Of a stretch of DNA of 64,000 nucleotides, positions 1 to 7,658 are shown piece by piece. Each line of letters opens with the position of its first letter. Within the stretch, counting starts at the first letter, position 1. The DNA comes from an uncultured Verrucomicrobiota bacterium (GTDB lineage Bacteria; Verrucomicrobiota; Kiritimatiellia; JAAZAB01), in the NCBI GenBank assembly GCA_964486075.1, contig CAZALU010000006.1, positions 55-64,054 on the forward strand, read 5' to 3'. A program made the position numbers and the translations under genes. The notes under the pieces were generated by a model. It was not told where the DNA came from. It was given only the letters and a program-made list of their open reading frames with translations, and made no database searches.

Positions 1-18
1 TCGCCGGAGAAACATAAG

Positions 19-414
19 ATGTCATTGCAGAGCATAGGCGGTTGCCCGTGGTGCGGCGCAAGCATCGACATGAAGAAGAATCAAGGGGCCTTTGAGTGCC
101 CCGTCTGCAATTGTCGATTCCTGCACAACTGGAAACCTTGGGTTGTCGGAATACCGATTGCGGTGGTAGCGGCTTACGCGGTGTTCCATTTCCTGCACAT
201 CGGAACTTTTGCTGCATTCTCCGGAGCCTTGGTGGCGATTACGATTGTGAAGCGAATGGGACTGTACCGAGTCCTTGTTGAGGGGAAGCCGGATGTCGCA
301 GGAGCGGAGGTCGCTGCACACGTGCCCGAAAAGAAGGAGAGCAGATGGGCCATCATCTTCATGGTTCTGCTGCTCCTGGCCATCGCGGTGTTTTTCGTCT
401 TTGCCTTGAAATGA
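19..414 (+). CDS. cassette-borne membrane protein with N-terminal Cys-rich zinc-ribbon-like motif (CPWCG...CPVCNC) and about 3 TM helices
   Basis: ORF track; CxxC...CxxC then hydrophobic helices; followed by attC-like palindrome. Confidence 0.45.
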   Translation: MSLQSIGGCPWCGASIDMKKNQGAFECPVCNCRFLHNWKPWVVGIPIAVVAAYAVFHFLHIGTFAAFSGALVAITIVKRMGLYRVLVEGKPDVAGAEVAAHVPEKKESRWAIIFMVLLLLAIAVFFVFALK

Positions 415-425
415 AAAGCGGAATC

Positions 426-488
426 GGCGAACAACAGGCTGGTGGCTATTCTCGCTCCGCTCGAAAGCCACAGCCTGGGCGTTCGCAC
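426..488 (+). other. integron attC-like site (GCGAACAACAGGCTGG...CCACAGCCTGGGCGTTCGC)
   Basis: imperfect inverted repeat starting ..AAC after the stop codon and ending ..GTT; same pattern recurs between every cassette ORF. Confidence 0.5.
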
Positions 489-543
489 TCAAGAAGATAA
501 AACATACTTGTCTTAAGTGGTTGAAAAAGGTATATATTTAGAC

Positions 544-744
544 ATGACAACGGTTCAAGAAATAGTAAAAGCGGTCAAGCACCTGCCAGAACAGGAGTTG
601 CACTCTTTTCGTTCCTGGTTTGAAGAGTTTGACGCCCAGGCGTGGGATAAACAGCTTGAACAGGATGTTCGGAGTGGCAAGTTGGATGTCTTGGCGGATC
701 AGGCAGTTAAAGATCTCAAGGCCAGCAAATGCACTCGAGTGTAA
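544..744 (+). CDS. type II antitoxin, putative addiction-module component (TIGR02574-like) paired with RelE/ParE toxin
   Basis: MTTVQEIVKAVKHLPEQELHSFRSWFEEF... pattern typical of small helical antitoxins; overlaps downstream toxin ORF. Confidence 0.5.
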   Translation: MTTVQEIVKAVKHLPEQELHSFRSWFEEFDAQAWDKQLEQDVRSGKLDVLADQAVKDLKASKCTRV

Positions 745-995
745 AACATCACGCAAATCCGCAATTCTGGAAAGCTTATTACGATCTCCCAAGCAAGATC
801 CAGAAACTGGCTGATGAGAATTTTGAACTTCTTAAGAGCGATCCACGGCATCCGTCTTTGCACTTCAAGAAAATTAGCCGTTTCTGGTCAGCCCGTGTCG
901 GATTAAGATACAGAGTTCTTGGTGTCGAATCTGATAGTGACATTATCTGGTTCTGGATAGGAATCCACTCCGAATACGACGTTCTGATCAGTTAA
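729..995 (+). CDS. RelE/ParE-family type II toxin
   Basis: C-terminal ...WSARVGLRYRVLGVESDSDIIWFWIGIHSEYD matches RelE/ParE core (R..YR..Y.....I....G.H..Y); 16-nt overlap with antitoxin. Confidence 0.6.
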   Translation: MHSSVKHHANPQFWKAYYDLPSKIQKLADENFELLKSDPRHPSLHFKKISRFWSARVGLRYRVLGVESDSDIIWFWIGIHSEYDVLIS

Positions 996-997
996 AG

Positions 998-1064
998 TGC
1001 GAACCATTTTTTGCAGCGTACTCGGCAACCTAGCGGTTGTCTCGGCGCTGAAAATGACGTTGGG
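998..1064 (+). other. integron attC-like site
   Basis: GCGAACC...CGGCAACCTAGCGGTTGTC...GACGTTGGGG; AAC left end, GTT right end 9 nt before next ATG. Confidence 0.45.
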
Positions 1065-1072
1065 GCACAGAG

Positions 1073-1330
1073 ATGAAAACGATATGGGTGGAAATACTGG
1101 TCATCTCGGCGATCATACTGATCCCTGTATCGTTTGCGTTGCGCGTCATCTACGGCAAGCGGTGGCTTGAATGGGAGAACAACCTTGTCGAGTCGTGGGG
1201 AATGAACGCCGGGGTATACACTCTGGTCAAGATGGGTGTACTTATTTTCCTCGGAGGGTACTGGGTGTGGCGAGAACGGAGAAAGCGGCAGAAACGGGAC
1301 GCCCTGACTTACGAGTTGCCAAAGACATGA
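1073..1330 (+). CDS. small membrane protein (2 TM), cassette-borne, unknown function
   Basis: ORF track; hydrophobic helices; flanked by attC-like sites. Confidence 0.4.
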   Translation: MKTIWVEILVISAIILIPVSFALRVIYGKRWLEWENNLVESWGMNAGVYTLVKMGVLIFLGGYWVWRERRKRQKRDALTYELPKT

Positions 1331-1332
1331 CA

Positions 1333-1407
1333 GGAACACGAAAGATGAGGCCCCAACCAAGCGTCGCAGTTTACGTCGCTTCGCGCCGAAACTGAACGCC
1401 GACGTTG
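1333..1407 (+). other. integron attC-like site containing conserved TTTACGTCGCTTCGCGCCGAAA motif
   Basis: GAACACG...CCCCAACC...GACGTTGTC; 22-bp motif shared with site at 6597-6618. Confidence 0.45.
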
Positions 1408-1428
1408 TCAGAGAGAAGAAAGGAAGAT

Positions 1429-2364
1429 ATGGCCCTATCCAAGCTGAAGAAGATTGACCTACGCGAAGAGTGGAAGCACGAGGCGACCGACTTCACCAAC
1501 TGGCTCGCGCAAGATGAGAATCTACAGCTTCTCAGCGAGGAAATCGGTATCGACATATCCCTCGTGCAGACCGAGGCAAGCGTCGGCAAGTTCAGTGTGG
1601 ACATCCTCGCGGAAGAAGACAACACGGGGCGCAAAATCGTTATCGAAAACCAACTCGAAACGACCAATCACGATCACCTCGGCAAGCTCATCACGTACGC
1701 ATCAGGCTTCGACGCGGAAATCGTGATTTGGATCGTGAAAGACGTACGGGACGAGCACAAGCAGGCGGTCGACTGGTTGAACGAGCATACAGATGACAAG
1801 ATCAACATCTTTGCGATCCGTATGGAGCTATGGCAAATCGGAGATTCGCCATACGCCCCGAAGTTCTATGTCGTCTCGAAGCCGAACGACTGGGCGAAAG
1901 CAATCAAGACTTCCACGTCGCGGTCGGACTTGTCCGACCGCCGCCTTATGCAGCTTGAGTTCTGGACACGATTCCAAGAGTACGCCTCGGCGCACGGCTC
2001 AACGCTACGGCTCCGCAAGGCGTATCCGCAACACTGGTACGACATCAGCATCGGTAATTCTAAGTCGCATCTGTCTCTTGTTGTCGATGCCGACAACGAG
2101 CAGATACGATGTGAGTTCTACATTCCCGACTCGAAACCCCTGTTCAACTCCCTGCACGAGAAGAAGGAATCCATCGAATCCAAGTTGCCCCATAAACTGG
2201 AATGGATGGAGTTGGAGGGAAAGAAGGCAAGCCGAGTCAGAACGATTCACACCATTGACGTTGAGGATAATGCCAATTGGGAAGCCAGCTTCCAGTGGCT
2301 GATGGACACCGCACAGCACTTCCACACAGTCTTTGCAGACCAGATGAAGAAGATGAAGATCTGA
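1429..2364 (+). CDS. hypothetical protein, N-terminal PD-(D/E)xK-like nuclease fold (VDIL...VIENQLE) plus C-terminal DUF4268-like region
   Basis: motif inspection of ORF 1405..2364; start at MALSKLKK chosen. Confidence 0.4.
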   Translation: MALSKLKKIDLREEWKHEATDFTNWLAQDENLQLLSEEIGIDISLVQTEASVGKFSVDILAEEDNTGRKIVIENQLETTNHDHLGKLITYASGFDAEIVIWIVKDVRDEHKQAVDWLNEHTDDKINIFAIRMELWQIGDSPYAPKFYVVSKPNDWAKAIKTSTSRSDLSDRRLMQLEFWTRFQEYASAHGSTLRLRKAYPQHWYDISIGNSKSHLSLVVDADNEQIRCEFYIPDSKPLFNSLHEKKESIESKLPHKLEWMELEGKKASRVRTIHTIDVEDNANWEASFQWLMDTAQHFHTVFADQMKKMKI

Positions 2365-2438
2365 CAACAACACGTCGGAGCTTACCTCTGGGGGCCGCGC
2401 GAACGCGTCCCCCAGAGGAAGCTCAACGTGAGCGTTGG
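2365..2438 (+). other. integron attC-like site
   Basis: CAACAACACGTCGG..ACCTCTGGGGG/CCCCCAGAGG..CAACGTGAGCGTTGG; clean internal inverted repeat. Confidence 0.5.
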
Positions 2439-2463
2439 TCGTTGTGCAAAGAGAGAAGGAAGG

Positions 2464-2934
2464 ATGAAGCTGAAGATCATACTCATGTCGGTGTTCCTTG
2501 CGGGAACAGCACTGGCCGATCATAACGCGATCCGTCTCGACTCCCTGATACTGGGACTTCCAGAGGGATGGGTTGTCTCAATCGTGCGGCCAAGCCATCT
2601 TGACTCGTGCGGGAATAGGCCACTGTTCGAGATGACGTGCGCCATGCCAGATGTCGAATACGAGCACGACACGAAGGTTGGCAGATTGAAGGAGCATCCT
2701 TCTTTGACCCTCATGTTCCATGCGACCTTCTCCGCGGAGAAGAGCGCCGAGTTCAAAAGGAAGGCAGCGGAGATCGAGGCGAGCCCACGAGCCGTAGCGT
2801 CACCTCATATTCTCGCCAAGACAGAGAACTACTGGGTTATGACCTACCAATCCGATGGCTATTTCGATCACCCAAAGGTCAAGGAGCTATACGATCATCT
2901 GAAGACCGTACTGTCGGTCAACAGAAAGGAATAG
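2464..2934 (+). CDS. secreted protein (signal peptide MKLKIILMSVFLAGTALA), unknown function
   Basis: ORF track; N-terminal signal peptide. Confidence 0.4.
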   Translation: MKLKIILMSVFLAGTALADHNAIRLDSLILGLPEGWVVSIVRPSHLDSCGNRPLFEMTCAMPDVEYEHDTKVGRLKEHPSLTLMFHATFSAEKSAEFKRKAAEIEASPRAVASPHILAKTENYWVMTYQSDGYFDHPKVKELYDHLKTVLSVNRKE

Positions 2935-2937
2935 GAC

Positions 2938-2999
2938 TGCACAACACGGCCTGCTGGGTACGACGCACAAGGTGCGCCGTCCCCTGACCCGTGACGTTC
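2938..2999 (+). other. integron attC-like site (shares TCCCCTGACCCGTGACGTTC with site at 4122-4146)
   Basis: GCACAACACGG...CCGTGACGTTCGCC inverted repeat. Confidence 0.5.
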
Positions 3000-3017
3000 G
3001 CCGGATACGAAGACAAG

Positions 3018-3404
3018 ATGAAGAAATGTGAGATCATGCTGGAGCCGCCCCCGCTTCCGAAGCGAATAACTCAGGGTTTCGGACCGGTGCTGCTTTGGGT
3101 TGTCGGCGGTCTCCTGTGTTCCTATGCCGGTCTTTTCTTCGTCCTGACGATAGTGACTCCGCCACCGATTGAACCACCAAGCCAGATGTCGTGGGCGGAG
3201 TTCCAGCACTGGGTTGATTCAGGAGCTTGGTTCTGGGACAGCATGAAGACATGCGCCGTGACTGGGACACTGGGTATCCTTCTGATCGCACTACCTTTCG
3301 TTAGACTGTGGAACAGAAAGACATCGGCGAACCAAGCCTCGGAGGTTACGGCTCGCAAGCTCGCCGAACCTCACCGCAGACGTTCGCTCTTAGGAAAAGA
3401 ATGA
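3018..3404 (+). CDS. membrane protein, unknown function
   Basis: ORF track; several TM helices; ATGA overlap with next ORF (two-gene cassette). Confidence 0.35.
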   Translation: MKKCEIMLEPPPLPKRITQGFGPVLLWVVGGLLCSYAGLFFVLTIVTPPPIEPPSQMSWAEFQHWVDSGAWFWDSMKTCAVTGTLGILLIALPFVRLWNRKTSANQASEVTARKLAEPHRRRSLLGKE

Positions 3405-3760
3405 AAACAATATCAACACATGCAGTTATACTCGTGGTCGGACTGGTCATCGGTTTGTTTCTAGCCGGATGCGCAAGCACAAGAATCAAACAACTCTCCG
3501 GTCAGGAGTTCATCAGTCAAGCAAGCCAGATCGGCCAACTCAATAGTTTTCATTGGACAAGCTACATCGGCGTCACTCCCGGTCGAGCCTATTTGGAGTT
3601 CGGTCACCCCACGCCACTAGGCAAGGGCTCACGAACCACGATCTATTGGACCTCGTTGTCTGAGCTTCCAGAAGATATTGCGTCGCAACTCAAGGCGGGT
3701 AATCCACCGTGGAAACCTTGGCAACCTGGGACAAACATGATGGAGCGAACAAACCACTGA
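3401..3760 (+). CDS. putative lipoprotein (MKTISTHAVILVVGLVIGLFLAGC)
   Basis: signal peptide with lipobox-like LAGC. Confidence 0.4.
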   Translation: MKTISTHAVILVVGLVIGLFLAGCASTRIKQLSGQEFISQASQIGQLNSFHWTSYIGVTPGRAYLEFGHPTPLGKGSRTTIYWTSLSELPEDIASQLKAGNPPWKPWQPGTNMMERTNH

Positions 3761-3800
3761 ACGGTACGGCGTACCGCCGCCCGTTAGTGGTGGCGTTCGA
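3759..3800 (+). other. short integron attC-like site
   Basis: GAACGGTACGGCGTACCGCC..GGCGTTCGA; AAC/GTT ends, GGTACG/CGTACC stem. Confidence 0.35.
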
Positions 3801-3807
3801 TGAAAAT

Positions 3808-4077
3808 ATGAAAATAAAATGGGTAATTATCGCCATCGGCATTGCGGCCATAGGCATATACCTCCTTGGCTATTACTCAGCCCGAAAAGACCATCTTCTC
3901 GTGCGACACCTAACTTTTACATATGGGACTAACGGAGAAATCATCCGAACATACAACATCGTCCCGGGAAATTATGGCCCCGGAAAAGGGGGCATACTTG
4001 TATCTCCCGCCGAGATCCAATTCTGCTACATCGTATTCACCCCGTTAAGAGTAATTGAGGCAGGATATCGAAAATAA
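3808..4077 (+). CDS. small membrane protein, unknown
   Basis: MKIKWVIIAIGIAAIGIYLL TM helix. Confidence 0.35.
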   Translation: MKIKWVIIAIGIAAIGIYLLGYYSARKDHLLVRHLTFTYGTNGEIIRTYNIVPGNYGPGKGGILVSPAEIQFCYIVFTPLRVIEAGYRK

Positions 4078-4083
4078 CAAAAC

Positions 4084-4146
4084 ATCGAACAAGCGGGTGC
4101 AGGGTACCCGCCACAAAGTGTCGGGTCCCCTGACCCGTGACGTTCT
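4084..4146 (+). other. integron attC-like site
   Basis: CGAACAAGCGGGTGCAGGGTACCCGCC...CCCGTGACGTTC. Confidence 0.45.
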
Positions 4147-4157
4147 GCAATGAGGAG

Positions 4158-4418
4158 ATGATGGGGAAGACCAGAAATGGATTGCTGGTGATCGCCCTCG
4201 GGGCGATCGGCTTGGTTGTCCTCTCCGCTCGCGCTCTCATCGCGCACGGATATGAGGCGCACATCGGCCACCCCCAACTCCATGTCTCGGCGCTCATTGC
4301 CTTCTGCCTTGCCTGCTTGGTTGGCGGAGTTGCTCTGATCCTGGTGGGAGCCATCTCCGTCGCGGGATTTGTCCGGAAGAAAAGGCAGGAGGGTGCAGAA
4401 CCAGGCGTCGGAAGGTAG
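4158..4418 (+). CDS. small membrane protein (2 TM), unknown
   Basis: ORF track. Confidence 0.35.
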   Translation: MMGKTRNGLLVIALGAIGLVVLSARALIAHGYEAHIGHPQLHVSALIAFCLACLVGGVALILVGAISVAGFVRKKRQEGAEPGVGR

Positions 4419-4460
4419 CTCGACCCGCGGCGGGTCTCGCACCTTCAACGCCGACGTTGG
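4419..4460 (+). other. short integron attC-like site
   Basis: GACCCGCGGCGGGTC palindrome then CAACGCCGACGTTGG. Confidence 0.35.
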
Positions 4461-4473
4461 CGAGGAATGAAAT

Positions 4474-4875
4474 ATGGAAACGATTCTATTTCGGACGGCG
4501 TACTTCCTGATTCAGGCGGTTCTTCTCGCCATCGTCGTCGTATCCCTCTGGATCGTGGCGAAAGGGAAGCCGTGGGCGAGAGTCCTGATGTTCATTCTGG
4601 CCGTCAGTGCCATCGGAATCCTCGGGCTCGCCACTGGCATCTCGGCCAACAGGCACACTGAGCAGCACCGTTTCGCGGACGAGTTTGCTCGGCCCCAGAG
4701 ATTGCTGATCGAACATCTCAGCAAGTTGATGGAGGAGAAACGGTACGCCGACGCGCAAGCATGCGTGACAGGGTTGAAGAGTTACGAACTGGAATTTCAT
4801 CCGAAGAATGGGCAGCCCCACACCAACTACACCGAGGTCGTGATGGGGTTGATCGAATCGCAACAACAGAGATGA
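4474..4875 (+). CDS. membrane protein (3 TM) with soluble C-terminal region, unknown
   Basis: ORF track. Confidence 0.4.
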   Translation: METILFRTAYFLIQAVLLAIVVVSLWIVAKGKPWARVLMFILAVSAIGILGLATGISANRHTEQHRFADEFARPQRLLIEHLSKLMEEKRYADAQACVTGLKSYELEFHPKNGQPHTNYTEVVMGLIESQQQR

Positions 4876-4946
4876 GGCGCCAACAACGCCTCGCAATATA
4901 TTGCTCACCCTGGCGGGTTCTCAAATGTTGAAGGCGAACGTTCGGG
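4876..4946 (+). other. integron attC-like site
   Basis: GGCGCCAACAACGCC....GGCGAACGTTCGGG. Confidence 0.45.
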
Positions 4947-4985
4947 AACGATAAAACAAAGAGAGGGTCACGCGGAGAGGATTCT

Positions 4986-5076
4986 TGACAGGATGAACAG
5001 GATGAAACAGGATTGAAGACGGAGAAGACAACCGGTGGGGCGAAGCGCCCATCCCGTTGAATCCTGTTTATCCTGT
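4986..5076. repeat. large hairpin inside an ORF-less cassette; arms carry 9-bp iterons (CAGGATGAA x3)
   Basis: GACAGGATGAACAGGATGAAACAGGATTGAA ...45 nt... TTGAATCCTGTTTATCCTGTC; no ORF >40 codons between attC sites 4876-4946 and 5096-5154. Confidence 0.5.
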
Positions 5077-5095
5077 CAGAAAGCTAAACTGATTT

Positions 5096-5154
5096 CCGAA
5101 CAATCCAGCGCACCCTAGCTCGCAAGGCTCGCAGAGTGACCGGTGACGTTCGGC
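5096..5154 (+). other. integron attC-like site
   Basis: CCGAACAATCC...GTGACCGGTGACGTTCGGC. Confidence 0.45.
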
Positions 5155-5178
5155 AGCAAGAGAGGGTAGAGAAGGATC

Positions 5179-6408
5179 ATGTTCGACGACAACGACAGGC
5201 AAATTCTACGCGATCTCGCCAAGGAAGTCTTGGAAATCGCAACAACATCGGTGATGACGAAACGCCGGAGGCTTTGGCGGCGACACAACGCAAGGGAAGG
5301 CAACAGGCCCGTTGTCTATATCGATCCGCAAGGTGCGTGGGGCGAACTCATTTCCCAAGTCAGCCTGCTCTGCCGGGACGAGACCGCCCGGAGTGTAGAG
5401 GAGAATCTGCGAAGACGTATCTACGCCTTCAAGCATTTTGCCAGCGACAACGTCGTGGAGCCAGAATGGATTGTCCGAAAGGTAATCCACAGTTCCGGAT
5501 GGGGGCTGACCGCTGTGCGTTCGCACAGCGGTGACCCTCGGGGCGCGTTTGGCTTCCAACCTCTCATCTCTTCACCTGCCGATCTGGCGAAGTTGAGGCA
5601 CCCGACCATCACCTTTGACGAGGCGGCCACCCAAGCGAACGAGGAAAGCTTCCAGGTCCTGTTCGGCGACATTCTGGAGATCCGCGTCAAGGGAATTGAC
5701 GATCTCTCCTATCACCTCATGAACCAGTATTCAGCCCTGCGTGGTCTCCAGGAACTCATGATTGACATGATCGAGAACCCCCAGATGGTGCATGACACGA
5801 TGGCCTTTCTTGAAGAAGGCCATCGTCGCATCCTTCAACAGTACGTTGAGCAGAATCTGCTTGATCTCAACAACGACAACACGCCCATTTACACGAGCGG
5901 GCACGGTTACACCGACGAACTTCCGGCGCCCGGATACCGTCGGGGGTACGTTCGTCCTATCGATCTCTGGGGGTGGGCGGAGGCCCAGGAAATGGCGCCC
6001 GTCTCGCCTGACATGCACGCGGAGTTCGCATTTCCCTATGAGAAGCGGCTGTTGCAGGCATTTGGGCTGAATGGATATGGCTGCTGTGACGACGTCACCC
6101 GGAAGCTGGATTTCGTTCTCACCATTCCGAACTTGCGCCGTGTGTCGGTCTCACCTTGGGCAGAGATCGAGCAGTGCGCGCGGAGGCTCAAGAGCGAGGT
6201 CATCCTCATGTGGAAACCGAACCCCGCACACTTGATTGGCGCTTTCAACGCACCGATACTTCGACGTTACCTGCAGCACGGGGTAGACACGGCACGCGCC
6301 AACGATTGCGTGCTGGAGATAGTTCTACTCGACACACATACATGCGAGAACCGCCCTGAAAGATTTGATGAATGGAGCCGGATTGCCTGCGAAACAGTCG
6401 CCGGATGA
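5179..6408 (+). CDS. hypothetical 409-aa enzyme-like protein (possibly URO-D/MtaA-like TIM-barrel fold), cassette-borne
   Basis: long ORF, no recognised signature motif. Confidence 0.4.
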   Translation: MFDDNDRQILRDLAKEVLEIATTSVMTKRRRLWRRHNAREGNRPVVYIDPQGAWGELISQVSLLCRDETARSVEENLRRRIYAFKHFASDNVVEPEWIVRKVIHSSGWGLTAVRSHSGDPRGAFGFQPLISSPADLAKLRHPTITFDEAATQANEESFQVLFGDILEIRVKGIDDLSYHLMNQYSALRGLQELMIDMIENPQMVHDTMAFLEEGHRRILQQYVEQNLLDLNNDNTPIYTSGHGYTDELPAPGYRRGYVRPIDLWGWAEAQEMAPVSPDMHAEFAFPYEKRLLQAFGLNGYGCCDDVTRKLDFVLTIPNLRRVSVSPWAEIEQCARRLKSEVILMWKPNPAHLIGAFNAPILRRYLQHGVDTARANDCVLEIVLLDTHTCENRPERFDEWSRIACETVAG

Positions 6409-6584
6409 AGGGACATCTTTTGCTGGTTCCTGACGCTCCGTGTGGTACACTTCTCTTGCATGGATGATTCCTTTCGGCGGGGTCTGCCGACGGACACAAT
6501 GTCCGCTACAGCCACGCCAAAAGGATCATCTTCGTAAATCACGCAATTTGGGAGACATTCTGCCGGCCTTGGGTCGGCTTAGTC

Positions 6585-6653
6585 CAACCAGCGCCTGCAT
6601 TTTACGTCGCTTCGCGCCGAAAATGAGGCTCAACGTTTATCCTGAACGTTGGA
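6585..6653 (+). other. integron attC-like site with conserved TTTACGTCGCTTCGCGCCGAAA motif
   Basis: second copy of 22-bp motif; CAACGTTTATCCTGAACGTTGG right end. Confidence 0.4.
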
Positions 6654-6703
6654 TTGACAAAGGAACCGGACAGAGGTATTCTTCAAACATGAGGTGAATA
6701 ACC

Positions 6704-6916
6704 ATGGCAAACACATATACGGCAGTGATGAAACAGGATGGCGGTTGGTGGATCGGTTGGATTGAGGAAGTGCCCGGTGTGAACTGCCAGGAGCGCACAC
6801 GCGAAACGCTCCTCGACAGTCTCCGCACCACGCTGGGTGAAGCACTCGAACTCAACCGCAAGGATGCCATCCGTGCGGCGGCACCCGACTACACCGAAGA
6901 ACAGGTTACCATATGA
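6704..6916 (+). CDS. hicB: HicB-family antitoxin (UPF0150)
   Basis: YTAVMKQDGGWWIGWIEEVPGVNCQERTRETLLDSL typical of HicB/UPF0150; 4-nt overlap with hicA. Confidence 0.65.
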   Translation: MANTYTAVMKQDGGWWIGWIEEVPGVNCQERTRETLLDSLRTTLGEALELNRKDAIRAAAPDYTEEQVTI

Positions 6917-7101
6917 AACGCAAGGAACTGCTCCGGTACATGCGTGAGCAGGGTTGCGTCTTTATTCGGGAAGGTGGGAGCCATTCATGGTGGGGCAATC
7001 CTGCGCAAAATCGTCGTTCTTCCATCCCCCGTCATTCCGAGGTTAACGACACCCTTGCCCGGAAGATCTGCAAGGATCTCGGGATCCCGTTTACACGATA
7101 A
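6913..7101 (+). CDS. hicA: HicA-family toxin (YcfA-like mRNA interferase)
   Basis: KELLRYMREQGCVFIREGGSHSWWGNP...IPRHSEVNDTLARKICKDLGI matches HicA motif (GSH...PRH...DLGI). Confidence 0.7.
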   Translation: MKRKELLRYMREQGCVFIREGGSHSWWGNPAQNRRSSIPRHSEVNDTLARKICKDLGIPFTR

Positions 7102-7103
7102 CG

Positions 7104-7170
7104 GCACCGAACCAGCAAATTCAGGCTATCGCCCCGCAAGGCGAGGCTCAGCCTGATTGGCGACGTTCGC
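7104..7170 (+). other. integron attC-like site
   Basis: CGAACCAGCAAATTCAGGCT..CGCCCCGCAAGGCGAGG..AGCCTGATTGGCGACGTTCGC. Confidence 0.45.
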
Positions 7171-7198
7171 TATAGGAGGAGATATTGCGGCAATAATC

Positions 7199-7429
7199 AT
7201 GAAGATCGAACTTAATCTCGGAGAGCAACCCATAGCGCGAATACTGGCTGAGCATGGGCTCAAGGCACATGACCTTGTTGCAATATCAACGGAGCAGCTC
7301 ACCCACAAGATGGTCTCCCGGGCGTGCAAAGGCAGAAGATTAACACCCAACGTCAAATCCAAAATGCGCAATGCATTAAACAGCTCTGCCAACAAAACAT
7401 ATGCCTTGGAGGAACTTTTTACCTATTAG
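7199..7429 (+). CDS. hypothetical small protein (possible HTH)
   Basis: ORF track; ATG at 7199 preceded by AGGAGGA. Confidence 0.35.
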   Translation: MKIELNLGEQPIARILAEHGLKAHDLVAISTEQLTHKMVSRACKGRRLTPNVKSKMRNALNSSANKTYALEELFTY

Positions 7430-7437
7430 CACCTCAT

Positions 7438-7570
7438 CCACACGAAACCGTTATATCATGCCATAGGCAGGCCCGCCTCTGGCGGGAACACCAAGATCGC
7501 AGGGATTCCGCTCAAGGCGAATCAGCCTTCGGCGGAAAACCCTGCACCACCTTAGGTTGTAGGCGTTAGC
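7438..7570 (+). other. possible long attC-like site or array terminus
   Basis: ACGAAACCGTT...two internal hairpins (CCCGCCTCTGGCGGG; GGATTCCGCTCAAGGCGAATC)...AGGCGTTAGCC. Confidence 0.25.
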
Positions 7571-7658
7571 CAGTTTTAGAAGGAAAACGAACCAAGCCTT
7601 GAGCCATATTTGTGCATAGTCGCCCAAAATGGTGAACGCTGGCGTTGGCACCGAGAAC

